Of a stretch of DNA of 44,480 nucleotides, positions 11,801-25,542 are shown piece after piece. Location of the stretch: positions 1-44,480 of the forward strand of contig FLMG01000670.1 of the NCBI GenBank assembly GCA_900088475.1, in the 5' to 3' direction. The translations under genes were made by a program, and so were the position numbers. Under the pieces are notes generated by a model that worked only from the letters and a program-made list of their open reading frames with translations, had not been told where the DNA came from and did no database searches. The DNA comes from Hyphochytrium catenoides. Lineage: Eukaryota; Protista; Hyphochytriomycota. How positions within the stretch are numbered: the stretch's first letter is position 1; every line of letters starts with the position of its first letter.

Positions 11801-13577
11801 TCGGTCACCACTTGGTCATGGACAAGACACACGTGGTGGTAGAGAAGAAATTGTAGACGACACGGATCCCCTCGGTGAGCTACTGAACAAGGGTAAAACA
11901 GCGAAGAAGCCCAGATCAGGACAGATTCCGAGTAACGACAGTGGTGTTGCCGCTTCAAAAGGGGCAGTAGTCCGTCCCCAGAAGTCTATAACGAGGGAAA
12001 GGAACGCTTCACCTGCCATGCTCAAAAGGACAGAAGTCTCTGTCAAGCAGCCTTCTTATGATGGAGCGGTGGTGGTTCCACAACCCTCTCGTCTGTTCTC
12101 AGCCCCTCCGACGGCCCAAATGTCCATCACTCCCCAACTTCAAGGGCAGAGCTCTGTCAATGTTCAAGCACTGCAGCGGCAGAAGGTTGCTATGTCTTCT
12201 CTCTATTTTGCCATTGCCGCTTCTTTGCTTGAAATCAGCTTTGATTCCAAAGCCGTATCATGCTGCCCGATTGTTACACATCCTGCGGCACTGTCTTACC
12301 ACACTCCTCCCCGTGTTGAACATATAGGAAAGAATGATTGGACAACAGCGTCAGGCAGCTAAGCTTCTTCAAAACAGGCAGCAAGGTGGAAGCAAAGTAG
12401 ATAACACAAAGGCCGCTAAAGGCACTATATCAGGTCTCAAAGAAAAGTTTACGGCAGAAAATCGACTAATGCGAGGCTTGGGTCCTGGCGCCGCCTCCTT
12501 CTCAGGGGGAACTACCCCTAAGCAAGGAGGGGGCGGTTCTCTGGCTTCTATATTTGCGGGAACCAAGGCAAGTACAAGGAGAGCTACGCCCACCACTCAT
12601 ACACTATCAACCGCCTTTCGAAGAGTCAGCGCTGACTATCGTTAACTCCCAATCTCTGTGTGGCCTTTTTGCATGATGCTTGCTTAGGTAGCAGAGTTTG
12701 CAAAGATGGAAAAGCCAGCGAAGAGTCTCTTCGAAGCAGAGGTGGACCATGTAAGCGCCAATGGGGATAGGGCTTCCGTGCCACTTCGACATCAACCTGC
12801 GCCTTCTGCTTGTTAATGCTCTCGAGGCAACTCTTCGTCAGCAAGATGTTCACAGTTTCTTTGGTGGTCATGCCGTTCCCACACTCACAAGTAATCGCTG
12901 TCTCTCTCGGTAGGAACTTGTGGCAGCTCAGCATAAGCTCTTCGATCGTTTTGAAGCAAAGGAAAAAATGGCAGAGAAGATGGAGAGTATCAAGGAGCTC
13001 AAAATAAAGGCCTGGAAGTGTACGCAGGTAAACGTTTAGCTGACTCAGTCGTGTCTACGTAGCGAGGCTTCCCTTACCCTTCTTGGAGGCCTTTATACGC
13101 TCTTCCTCTTTCATTCGCCTCTTTTATAAAATCGAGTTTACAGAATCGAGTTTACAGCCGGGAACCCTCCTCCTTACCGAGCCATTGTCGTCCTTTGCTG
13201 GGCTGACCAGTTATCTCTATACACAGCCATCTGCTTTATCATAAGTCGGCTATACTGATCTCATTTTTATGCTTCCTCTCCCACTTTTCCACTTCACCCA
13301 GTGTCAGTACACCCTTGAGAAGGTCCCCGATTCCTGCTCAGACAAAGGTCACAGTCCTTCTCGCGTCGAGGCAGTGAAGCGGTGCTTCGAGTGCGGGAAT
13401 TGCAAGCAGAGGTCATTCGTTCTAAACCAACGGCTTCCAAGTCGAGCCTGCTTCAAGTGTCAAGAATCGAAGTGGAAGTCCGTCTCTGTCTATAGAATAG
13501 GTCCCGGGCCTGAAGTCAGAGAGAAGTTCAAGGCCAGAGGGGAGGAGCAACCAAAGTTCTTACGATCTTGCTTCTAG
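8853..13577 (+). CDS. MCM10: Minichromosome maintenance protein 10; 11 exons, about 1006 aa
   Basis: Exons 8853-9133, 9195-9297, 9457-9520, 9644-9853, 10113-10192, 10395-10777, 10979-12185, 12328-12567, 12688-12750, 12914-13027, 13302-13577. OB-fold (IETFSRLRI, DWVTIAVL, KYVIWTLDDL, SVLLFDEAY), CCCH finger (YCRGMTKAGTRCRNVVNKSRCEFCDHH), and C-terminal Zn domain (WKCTQCQY...KRCFECGNC...LPSRACFKC...RGEEQPKFL). Confidence 0.95.
12568..12687 (+). other. GC-AG intron in MCM10
   Basis: AAG|GCAAGT donor at 12568 and TTAG acceptor at 12687. The phase-0 join keeps the frame into the conserved C-terminal region; the unspliced frame stops at 12645. Confidence 0.7.
13130..13157 (+). repeat. Perfect 14-bp tandem duplication (AATCGAGTTTACAG x2) in the last MCM10 intron
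   Basis: Read directly: 13130-13143 and 13144-13157 are identical. Confidence 0.9.
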
Positions 13578-13899
13578 AAGAGCTCCTATCGGAGACCTCA
13601 TATTGAACGACTGCTCGGACGGATGGGGATGGCATAGAAGAGATGCAATGCAAGGCCTATAGAAGTGATCGAGAACAATACGCTATTTGAAGGGAGGCAT
13701 CTTCCCACAGACCTGGCCAACATAGATGGAACACGCATTGGAGAACTTCTGCTGAGTACCTGTGTCTAGATAAAGGACAACTCGAAAATGACATCGACGT
13801 TGAGCCCTCTGTTACGTCACCTACTACGTATTAGCTGTAGGTCAATAAATTATGCTGATACTGACAGGTCATCTTCCCTGACCTCAAGTTCTTCTGAGG

Positions 13900-16800
13900 C
13901 TATAGGAAGGGCATCCACCCAAAGTACATCTGTGCCAGATTTTCTTCACTCACAGCCTCTTGGATAAGCCTATGTACCTGGCCTTGAACTGACAGAGGGA
14001 GTGTGTCAACCTTGCTCTGAGGGGGTACTTCTTTTCCATTAGAAGAGGACGAATGAGGCCGCTTTTTCCTGTTAGAGAGATGGTAGTTGTAGACTCCTTT
14101 GAGACGTTCGTTGATGATGTAGAGCATCCGCTTCGCATCCTCCACCTCTCTTTTGTTTCCGCTAGATGTTCTAACCTGCTGTGCGTGGCGTCCGACCCGA
14201 CTCCACTCCACAAGAGGATCATGAATAAAAGCCTCCAGGACCGAAAGCAACGTCCCTCTGTTCTCCCTTAGGAGTGCCATGGTTATCTCACAAACTCTCC
14301 TGTATACTCCCTCGTACCCCGTTAGACCGAAGGCATCTATCATATTCGGTGTGAGCCGGAAAGGAACAATCTCGGGACGGGCAAGGGACAAGCCCTTATC
14401 AAAGAGGCAATCAAAATCGACGTGCACACATTCGCCGTTCGTAGTGTCGATCAGAAGGTTCTCTCCGTGTCGATCGCCTAGGCCCACCACATGGCCCACC
14501 ATAGACCACGCGGCCGCCGAGCGGACGAACGTGAGTCGAGACTCAAACCAGGTTGTGGGATCTGGGAAATTTTTTAGAAACCTGTATGAAACAGAGAGCC
14601 CAAGGCGTAAGTGAGGACAGCGACCTTACGGCGTGGCGTTTATAATCGTGTCAGATCTACAAGGAATTACGGCTAGAAGGCACCTCACGAGCAGCGGCAG
14701 GAGGGAAGGTTGGTTACGCAGTAAGAAAGAGCCATTGTTAGGTAAAGTAGGAGGAGAAGTGGCAAGTACCAAGCATGGAAGCGAGGCGAATAAGCAGGTC
14801 TGGAGAGGATGTGCTCCCGATAGAACTGAGCCATTAGTGTGGGGCTCTGGGCGAACTGCGCCTGCATCTCTTCAAACTCTGTCTTCACCTCCTGTCAGAA
14901 AAGCAAAGCGTGAACTAATGTGACTACGATGGGAAAAGAGGATGGTACTGAGTGTACCTTGATCATTTTAAATGGCGCCACTATGCCCTGCTCTGTTCTT
15001 TGCACCTGCTGCACTAGCTGCCTTAGGCCAGATGTGTGTGGAACCCACTCTAACAGCCCACACTGCTCATCTAAGCAAATCACGGCATATGTTCGAAGTC
15101 GTAGCTTACGCCGGCGGCCGTCCGGAGTGCGCTGTCAGAATACAGAGAGGAGATGTCAATGGCTGTCAATAGCCATAGTGCGATATGTAGAGGACTATTT
15201 GGTGCGGAGCGGCATGGATGCAAAAAGTCTTGAACATACAGAGGTAACATGCCAAGGAAGTCAGAGTCGGAGGGACAAAGAGCGTTGCCGTATGTCAGAA
15301 GTCAAGCAAGATTGTGCAAACCTGGAGCAGCCTGTTGATCATGGTGTTGAACTCCATCATTCTAGCATCCTTTCTCAAATCTCCGTGCTGTTCCCTCTTA
15401 CATAAGAAAGAGTAAACAAGGCCGTCCGAGCCCTGTACCGATATGCGCTTCGGTTTCTCCTTAGAATTCATCACATCCACTAGTTCATTGAACCGCTGAA
15501 TGTATATCTGCAGATAGAAGATTAGAGGCCACATGCTTTTACCTACAGACCTCATTCTCTCGTTGTCTATCCTTGTCGCGCTATCTCTTTCTCTCAAGGT
15601 ACGTTCGGGCTCTATGTCATTGCCCAGGCATTACCTGGTTATGCGGGAAAGGATCATGGCCGGGCTCGGCAACCGCCTGACCAGTCTCAGGTAGAGTGAC
15701 GGTTAGTGAGTTCTGTCTCGGAGCCAGGATGAGAGATCTGATCTTTGAAAAGCGATACTTCATCCTTCTTTGTCGACCCATCTGCTCCGCCTTGGCTAGT
15801 TTGATGAGCTCATCAAACAACCTCTCACAGTCCTGAAGAGTGTTAGCGTCCCCCTCCCTGCCGCTAGCAATCAGGGACCTCTTGGCCTATATAACAGAAG
15901 AATACGTTGCAGTAAGGGCAAAGTGGCCAAATACACGGCGACTTTTCCACAAGTGAAGATTGGCTGAACCATAAAGTGTACCTTTAAAACGAGGTGATTG
16001 GAAAAAACGGGGAGCGCGAAGAGAAAAATGAAAAGAGAATGCTAACCTTGACCAAGATCTCTTCGGCTCTCCTTCTTCTGTCAAGATTGGTCTGAGACTT
16101 AGACAGCCCCACGACGTTCCACATGGCGTGCTGAGGATACGCACACAGACTTGTTACGATGATTCGCATCACCAACTCCACTACCTGACTGTTAGGGTGA
16201 CATATGCGTGAGACAAGCTGAGGGAGCGCAGTAAGCCACATGTAAGTGGGAATCGCCTCGAGGGAGCGCTTCACGATAGCGTTTATCGAGTCCATTACAT
16301 CGCTAGGATCTGATTTTATGACCGAGAGAAGAAGGCGTTGAAGCCGAGACAAACCAGTGTTACTTCTTCCAGCACTATCACTCAATCCTAAGGCTTCTCC
16401 GCACTCGAAGTAAAGTGTGAGAAACCGTGGAAGAGACTGGAAGATGTATTTGGTACCAAAGCGGAGAGAGTGAGAGTAATTCATCATCACGCCCATGATG
16501 TAGTCCACAGTGCCAGATCTGTCTGCCATTGGAGGGCCGTCTACCATTCGCACGTCCTGATCAATGTCCTGGACTTGCTCTAAGAGAAAATCAAAGTATT
16601 TTCCTAGCGAAAAATAGCCCTTCTCCCATGCGGGCTGAAGAGTGATGACAGCTTTATACCGTGCTATTACTTCCGTCCCTTGCTTTTGCCCGCTCTCCTG
16701 CATCCAATTGGTAGCGCAGAGAAGAGCTTTGGCAAAGAGTTTCGAGTCTGCTTCTCTGGACTGCACCTTTTTCACATAGGCGGGTACGTCCAACTCCACT

Positions 16801-19800
16801 GGCTCGAGACGCTGCAAGGCGGCGTGAATCTGGCCCTGCTGATAGAGGACCTTAGCTCCTCCCAAAGCAGTAGCCAATGCACTGCGGGAGCCTTCAGTAG
16901 TAAGACGAGCAGTTCTGGTAACGTCAGCATCAATCATGACCTCGGCGTGAAGCAGGGCTTTCGTGGCAGTCTGGAAGAGATGCTCATCTCGCGCGATCTT
17001 TGCGCATTGCAGCCAGTTTTTTGAAACGAGCTCATGCAGACCCAATTCCTTCAAAAACAAGCGTCGCAGAGCCAGAATGGGCTCCCTGCATTGCATTGAG
17101 GAGACCATCATCTTTGCCCTGTTGTCCCAGCCCAACTGGCTATGCCACACTTCCTTCGCTTTCTGCTCCACATCAGAGGTCCCACCCACCACTGACTTGT
17201 TTTCTGGTCCAGAATTTGCTCTAAGCACGCAGAGGTAACCCTGCTCAGCTTCAAAAAGGAAGTGCAAGTTCTGTATGAGAGGGATCGTCCGTTGATAGGA
17301 TTCCATAGAGGCTGCGGCCAGAGGGCCCATTAGATCCAATCTAGCCTTCTTCAGGGTATCCTTCACTTTTTCTGTATCTCTTTTTTTCATCGCCAGTAGC
17401 ACCTGACCCACTGAGAGTTCCAAGTTAGGCATAGCTGAGGGACCGTTCGATATACTGTTGACCTTCTCAGTAAGATATTCTAGCTCCTCCCACCGACCTA
17501 AGCGCCAGGCCGCGTCAACCGCATTGCTGCAGACGGGAAGCAGCATCCTATCTCGTCCCTCTGTCATGATACCGCTGGCGATGTGTAGCACGGTTTCATA
17601 ATGTCCCAGCTCCTTCATGCATCGAAGCATTCCTGCATATGTCGCCGCCAAATCGTCAGCTAGAGTCTTCGCCCTAGGATCTGCCTGGTCCTTCCAACCT
17701 CTCAGTAATCTCTCTTGGATTTCTAGCACCTTTTCATAGCACATCAGTGCGTCACTCCAGTCACCGCTATGCTCATAGTCAATAATCTTTGATCTTAGCT
17801 CAAAAAGGGTTGACGACGTCATGATAGATACTTCGATTGGATGTGCCTCTGGCCTTTTCTGGGGACCAGTTCCACCCACGCTGGACTCCTCGATTGCTAA
17901 TGCGGATGATGTTGGCTGGCTACCGCCAATGGCTTTCCTCTTCATCGCTGCTAGCCCCAGTAGACCATCTGGATCATCGTCTAACTTACTGTACAGCTTC
18001 TGAAGGAAGGAGTACTCATCTGCACTTACGGTAGGCATGACCCCCGGCATGAAAGCAGGCTCGTTCTGTCGAACGTACGTCTCAAAGTAACGCAGGGCCC
18101 GTGCATGAGCCTCGATACGGACAGCGGCTTCAGAGAGGAGGCGAGTAGGAATAACCTCAAGGAGGCTCTCTGCGGCTCTCCTTGCCTCCTTCTCCATGGC
18201 AAGCTCACTCTCGCATGGCCGAAGGAGGTCAGGTTGGCTACCATATTTCTCCTCAAGTTCCAGCTCATGCAGCCCCAGGCAAGCGACCCACTCTCTCAGG
18301 TCATCGATTAGAGAGAATATAACCTGACTGCTAACATGATGCTTACTATTGCTCTCAACGTTGGGATCGAGGTCTTCCAGCACGCACAGAATCTCGTCGA
18401 CAATGCGACCATCTGGAAGCGCCTTCTCGTCACCCTCCGTGGCCCCCTTCGCCTGCGATAAGAGCACATTGATCACAATATGCGGCAGCAGAGCCCTAGC
18501 AATGCTTGGATATGACCGCAAGACTCCTCTACATGCTGAAAAGACGACGTTGGCATCCTCAGTACTCCCGGAGATGAGCTCCTTGGCCCATGCGACGATC
18601 CAATAATCAAATGATGGTGCGCGAGAATATATAACACGCCTTGCATAGGGTCGTCTTTGTCCGGATGCCTCCATTTCAGTAGCGCTATGGCTAGGCAACG
18701 AAGCTCCACTTTGTCCAGCATGGGGCGACAGCTTTTTCCCTTGCTTACTCGCGCGCCCGGAGCTGGCAGCGCTGGCGCTCGAGGTGCTATAGTTGGTTGT
18801 CCAATAGGGCTCAACAATATCAAAAGTGTTTTCGTCTAGCCTTTCACGGACCCACCCGGGGATCGAGGCTGGCAGATTCCCCGTGGTGGCTGTGCTTCTA
18901 GGTTTGGATAAGGGCTTCTCTGTCGTTTGCTCCTTTGATCGAGTAGCTAGAAAGCGTAAGAGCTCCTGAATGGCATAGGCAATGTGATCGGTGGTTTCCG
19001 GGGCTGCTTTCAGAGCTTGGACGAGGAAGTTCTCAATAAGTCCAAATGAGACCTCCTCCAACATAAAGAGGTGATTGGACGGCTGGCGGATAGCCTGGCC
19101 CTCAGTGCCACTGCCGCTCTGTACCCATCTATCCCAAGCAAGCTGCTGGAGTTTGCTAATGGAGGGCAGAGACGAGTCATGCGCTTCGTTGGTTCCAACA
19201 GACCTTAGGCTCAGTTGCTGCAGCAGGAGAAGACGTGCCGGGTCGATGGCTCCTATTGCCCCTAGAGCCTCCGCACAGGAAAGCTTCGCGTCCGTTTCGG
19301 TTTCCACTGAGGTCAGGCGCAATAGAGTCATCAGAGCCTTGTTCACTACATCAGCAGCACTATCAGCGCGAAGTACTAGCAGCTGCAACTCTCGCTCTCT
19401 GTCGACAACGGTGTGCAGAAGCTGCTGCAGCGCCATCTTTCGAACAGCTGGGCTCTCATGTCCAACTAGCTCCACCAGCTGAGGGAGGCGCTTGCCTAGC
19501 TCCAGCTCTCTCTGATCACCAAGCTCCTCAAGGAGAACTGTTGATATTCGGTCTAGCTCTGGGGAGGAAGCAGAGGAGAGGTACTGCGACAGGAACGGGA
19601 TCTTATCAAAGCAGGACTTCAATACTCTGCGTTTCTCAATGAATAGATATTCCAAAATTTCCACAGCTACACTTTGGCAATGGGTTGAGACCTCAGGGTC
19701 CATGCCCGCATTCTCAGCGGAATCACGTTGTCCACGGCCTTCAAGTGGGTGAAAATCTCGGAGCAGATGCAACTTTGTGGATGTACCATAGCTCAACTCA

Positions 19801-22800
19801 GTCCCGCCACTTTTCTTTCCTTTGCCAGGCAAAAACGGCAGAAGGCTTACAACTATGGAGCTCAAATTAGCGGCCACCGAGGAGTCAGAAAGTAAGAGGA
19901 CAAACGTTTTCCAGACTTCAATTCCTTGGTCCCGCAGCTCGTGTGCCTGCAATGCCTGCTTAAGAGTGGCCATAACCTTCGGAATATATGGGTCCAGGCC
20001 ATCACTACCAACTAGGGTAAGGAGCTTCTGGATGCACTTCAGTGCCCGGATTCTATCGCTGCTTGCCACGTTTTTCCCCTTGCGAAGCATTTTGGAGTTG
20101 AGATCTGTCATGAGGAGCAGAAACTTTTGGCGAAGTATCAGCTGTGCAGTCGTAGGTCCTGTAGCAGTAGCAGTAGCGGCAGCTCTCCTCCGATCCTTGC
20201 CTTTTCCTTGACTATCTTTCAATCCAGCTGCCGGTAGATATTCCGCCGTCCGCTTCAATGCAGCATGAGCAGCATTGCATCTATCGCCTCCAAACTCCCA
20301 GACGAGGGCACGAATGAAGACGCTGGAGCTTACCCTAATGAGATCTCGGATAGAGGTTCCCTCAGAGAAGAAACGGAGTAAAAAGTCCCATTCCTTCACC
20401 ATTTCTCGTTGGTCTAGGTCCTTGCCGTGAAGCGCAGCTTTTCCCCCCGTCTCTACCTGGGACATCATGAGCTCTAACACCAATCGGGCTAAGTTGGCCC
20501 TGAGAAGAGCAGCAACTTTCTGTTCACCATCCTCCACCTGGGCCATACTGTCCCTTCCAGGCTCAAGTGAGGTCGACCTGCCTAAGGAGCCGTCAGCACG
20601 TCTAGAGTAGACAGAAGAAGCTAGCTGTATGAGGCTCTGCTCGTCCTGCTGCAGAACCAGCTGGGGCAGAACATATTCACAAGAGTTGGCCAAGAAATCC
20701 GTCCAGTTCCACTCTCCATTGAGGAAGAGCTCAACAAAAAGTGTGGAGACTGCCGAAGGTTTGCGAAGAAGGGTGCGGACTATGGGCGGGAAGAGTTCCT
20801 TCGGATACCGGGACATTAAACTACGAAGACTGGACTTTTGAAACGCAAGCACCAGATGAGCCTAATGATTGGAGAAACATATGTATTTAGAGAGAGAACC
20901 AAAGAGGAGTAGGTAAACTGTACACACCTGCTGGAAAGCGACGCTCCCAATCCATTCGGTAGGATACTTACTCCAGAACTCCAACAGTGTGACCAGCGAC
21001 CAGAAAAGAAGCTCCAGGCCAGTGCCATTGGTTTTGTTCTCACAGTTCGGCATGCATCCAAAGGCTCCTATTGCTTCCAGGAGGGAAGCCAGGATCGCTG
21101 TCTTGGTACCGACTAGAAGCTCTGTATCCGCCGTGGAAGGCTGTTCATTAACCGTGATCATGCCTTCGTAAAGGTGCAGTCTACCATGGAAGTGATTCCA
21201 TAGCTCAGCAATCGAAGTGTGAGCACTATCCGCACTTTCGTTGCTGAACGCCGCGGTCAACGGACTGAAGGCGTCTGCTGGCGTCTTCTCGTAGTCCCGA
21301 TAGAAAGAGCGGAGGACACAAATGACTTCGTTTCGTACCCGCAGATCTGGGTCCTCTAACCATTTGAAGATATCCTTTAACACTACCCTGCAGGAGCGTA
21401 GCTCACTGGTAGCTACACGCCGAATGGCACAACCGACTGCCATGACGAGTTGAACTTTGGTGCTCTGCAGATTCTCAAGAACCTGAGAGTATAGCGGATC
21501 AAAGCTCCAGTCACTCGGCAATCTGGCATCTGCAAGCATCGAGAGCAGTGCTGCAAAATGCTTGATGGGAAGAATGGCGATAAGACTTGGGAAAGAGCGC
21601 CGTGGTGAAGCAAAGGTAGTGCAGCAGTCCTCTTCTGATTCAGGAAAGTTCGCCATACTATAAATGAGCTTCATGATGGTCCTTGTAAGAGTCCGCAGGG
21701 TGGTCAGGTGGAGGAATGCTTTTTCTATGCTTGTGATGAAGAGATCTGTTTGGAGCGATATCAAAAACGTTTCTGTTTGTCGAGATAGAGGGCTTAGAAG
21801 GCGACAAGTAGGTGGGATGATGTCTTCGAATCCCTCGTCCAGCATAACTTGCATCGCACTGAAGGCAAGTCCTAGAATGCAAGAGGAAACCTCTAGAGCG
21901 ATGGCGGGAGAAGTGGTTCTCTGGAGAAGGACGGAAGAGAGGGTCTGAAGCAACGTTTCGAACTCCACAGCTATCAAGTCCCACGAGTTCTTCCGCTCAA
22001 CGTCTAATGCTCGTTTTATGGTAGGAGAGACTGCCATTGCCCTCAACAAGTTCCCAGCAAAGTTTGGGCAGGGCAAGCAGACCCACTTACACCCGCTGCC
22101 AGTTTGGTTTAGCTGCAGATCGTATTCTCCTCGCTGGACGGCCAAGGTCCTTAGATAGTCATTCAAAAGTTTCCAATCTTGAGTGCCATCTCCTTCTGTG
22201 AGGGTGAGGATGTCGCTTGGTTCCAGTGCGCAAATGTACTCCAGAGACCTGCATAGAGTGGCTATTGATGGAAAGTCGCCGCAAATGTTGATGCCACGAG
22301 TTAAAGTCTTGTGTTGCATAGCACCAATCTGGGAAAGAGTGTAAGCCACGAGGGGAAGGGAGTCCCTAGATTGCGCAGAAGACAAATCTCGTTGAATATC
22401 CCTCTGGAGACCTGGAAAAGACTCTAATATATTTTCCAAGCAATTCAGCGTTCGACGGGATGCCTCAATCTCCATTGCGGACCCAGGCTTCGAGTCACTA
22501 GCGTCACCATGAGCTCGACAATTGGCTTCAAACAGCATGACGATCAGCGTCGCAGTTGAGAAGCTTTCTACGTGCTCCGAGCTCCCTCCCCTGCCAGCTG
22601 CCACAAGGCTTTTCAACAGCACCCTTGTTTGCTTCCGGGTACTAAAATCTATTGGTTCGAATGGCACCTTCAGCGGCTTCCGCAACAACACTTGCTCGGA
22701 GCCTGTAGCCGGTCCCTGCGTCATTTGAGAATAAGCTGTCAAGAGGCACTGAGTCACATCGAATACTTCTTCAACAGCACACTGGCGTTCCCCTATTCTA

Positions 22801-24578
22801 CGTCTCTTTCCAAGTGTGCCTGAGTGTGAACCATTAGAAAGATGAGGTAGCCCTTAACCAAGTGAAGCCTTACCAGAGTCTTCGTGTTCCTCGAACTTTC
22901 GCTTTCCGCTTTGCACTTGGCCCAAAAGAATCTCCTCAAGGATGGAAGTGCTGGCTGCCGCCAAACCAGGTATCCTTGTGTACACATTCCTCAAAATCAC
23001 AGAAAGCGCTTGAAATAGCACTGCGTGCAAATAATGCATATTCAAAGATGGCTTCTTGTCTGCGTGTTGTCTGACCCCTGCGTTGGTCTGTGTCAACGCC
23101 TCCATGAATATTTGAAGCCGTTCTACTGCTTCCAGTGGCCAATGCTTCGAGAGCGTAGCAAAGAGTAGCACATACAAGTGCAGTCGCCCTTTTTCACCGG
23201 CGTCTTCAAGAAACTCAACCCTAGATGATATTAAGGTCGACTCCAGGGATCCCAGTACTTCCTTGAGCAATCTGGCGAGATGAAAGGGCATCCGCTTTAT
23301 AGGGCCCCGCTTCTGATGTGACTTTGACGGCGCGTGCCTGGAGTCTCCATACGAGAGACCTTCATCGAGATAGGTCGTGCTGAGTGTGTCAAAACAAGAG
23401 AGAGACGCCATATACACCTCTTGTCTTTCCGAGTTGTTCCAATCTAGGAGATGATGGTAATCTACTGCCTTCGGTATGAGGACTTTAATAAAGATGCCCA
23501 TAAGGACTTCCATAATACGCTCCACGTGCTGAGAGTAGAGAGTCGTCTGTATATTTCGCAAGACGCTCGGCCGACCCAGCTCGCTAATTAGCTCAAGAGT
23601 GGCTAAGACGAGTCTGGATGGCACCTCCTTCGTCATCAAACCAAGGCACTTCCACGCAAGATTTAGAGACCGTATTAACAGATCTGGGGAGGCTGCGGAC
23701 CTCTGCCATTGACTAGAAATCAACATCTGAAGAAGATGTAAGCAGACAGTGCGGCATCTGTCTAGATCACTGACAGATCTGAGATGTAGAATGGGAGCAG
23801 GAGAGGCGTTACGGTCTTTGAATGAGCCTTCATCCTTCTTGTTCCGCTGTGTGGAGCCGTCACGCGCCCCAATAGCGTTATCTAGCTGCAAACAGCATGG
23901 TAAGAAGGAGATGTCATCTGGCATGGTGCCTTCATCCTGTCCCTTCTCCTGGCTCTTTCGGTGTGAGAAATGCTCAAACGCGGTAATGGCGTAAGAGATT
24001 TTGATGCCTGCGGCATTCCCAGAGGAGGAATCATCCTGGTGGTCTTCTTCCGAGTGGTCTGGCAAGCTGTCATCCTCCTCGACTTGAAGTGCAACAAGGA
24101 GCAAGTCTTCGTTCAGGTTGATAGCGTCTTCTAAGATATGTGTGACGCAGTGCGGTTCACTGGACCCAAGCAAGAGTACTAGCTGCGTGATGGTACGTTG
24201 CAACTCGAGAATAACACTCTCACACTTCTTTGCGAATGCCAAGGAAAGCAGTGCCAGGATGCTTGGAAAAACCTGCGTAACACTCCCATTGTCAAAGACA
24301 GCATGTGAATGTGGACATACTTCTTCCTCCAACAACAGTCCAACCAGAAGGCAGTAGTACCTAACCGCCTCTGGGCTGGATTCTGGACTTTGAAGATGCC
24401 TCGTCAGCTTGGGAAGCACCCTTTTCAACCGACGAAGGATTTTCTGGCAAGTTGAAGAGCCTCTAGGCTCACCGGGCTGTGCAGTACCGCCATCAGGTCC
24501 AAGGCTGCCATGTACCTTGCGATGTCCGCGCAACTCCTTCAGCAGCTGCTCGAACGTTCTGTCCGAGGCGCTGCCCAT
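13900..24578 (-). CDS. ATR: Serine/threonine kinase ATR (Mec1/Rad3 PIKK); 8 exons, about 3275 aa
   Basis: Exons 24578-22874, 22819-20928, 20861-16047, 15886-15635, 15507-15322, 15131-14958, 14891-14770, 14581-13900, all phase-consistent. HEAT/FAT region (LGAIGAIDPARL, AHARALRYFE, LAAASMESYQR, IFQSLPRFLTL, LPQLVSRICH), kinase motifs (KPKRI, DLRKDARMMEFN, GLGDRHGENLL, HVDFDCLF, VPFRLT) and FATC (LAQMYFGWMPFL*). Confidence 0.97.
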
Positions 24579-25542
24579 GGCTCAGGAGCCAGTTAGGTAG
24601 TTTTGCCCCATTCCTTCTAGCCTATGGGCACCAAACTCCTGCCGCTATCAGCTCTCTTCTTCACCATCTAATTGATTCCTTCGCCCCATCCCGGCCCTCC
24701 TTCAGGGGCTCCTCCGGGTACCAGGCCGATTCCATAATAACCTAGATAAGAGCTGTGCTTCTCTGCAGGTCTTGGAACTCTCTGGAGGCCCCATCCACCT
24801 AGAGAAGAAGTGCAATTGGGGTCGGTCTTTCACCTTCATCGTCGTCTCTGATCACGCTCTGTGTCCTCCTCCACATCATCGTCCGATCGGCGCGGCAAAG
24901 CATCTTTCCTTTGGCGGGAATCAGAAACCCTTGTCTGAGAGTTCATGATGTACATCTCGTACATCGTCGCACGAACTCAATTTGGTGGATTCGCATACGT
25001 GACTGTACGACGTGGAACACGCGACGAACAACAACAACAGGATCTTCAAAGGGTGAAATGTGGAGACTGATGATTGAGGCGACAAACACGATGATCAAGA
25101 GATCGCGCCAAATAGAATCGCAGCACAAAGCGACACGGCGGCTGTTGAAGATCAAAGAACGGAGGTTTGAGAGAGAGATTGACCGACCAGGAGCTTTGTT
25201 GTCGTTGGCGAGCAATGTTGGCTGCCTGCTGGGCACTCTACCACCCTTGCGGGAAGGTCATAGGTTTCTCTTAGCTCTCTTCATGATCCCTGCCACACTG
25301 TGGCAGGTGTAAGTCTGGGGTGCATGACTCTACCATTGGCTGGAATTCAGCTGGGACACTTTCCTTGAGCGGACAAAAGAGTCCAGAGCCGTTGACGGTG
25401 CTGCCAGGCTATCCCATGTAGATGGTAGTGCTTACTTTGACTGGCGTGAAGAGGTTTTGCAGCCGCCATACAGGATGCTCTGCTGCTTGCCCCTATTGGA
25501 AGGAGCCCTTCATGGGTGAAAGTGCTTGGCATAGCTCTAATC

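Noticed and set aside
24911-25312. 133-aa ORF upstream of the USP gene as a separate gene or first exon
   Set aside because: No recognisable motif, and I found no convincing in-frame splice into 25543, where the USP32-like similarity already begins.
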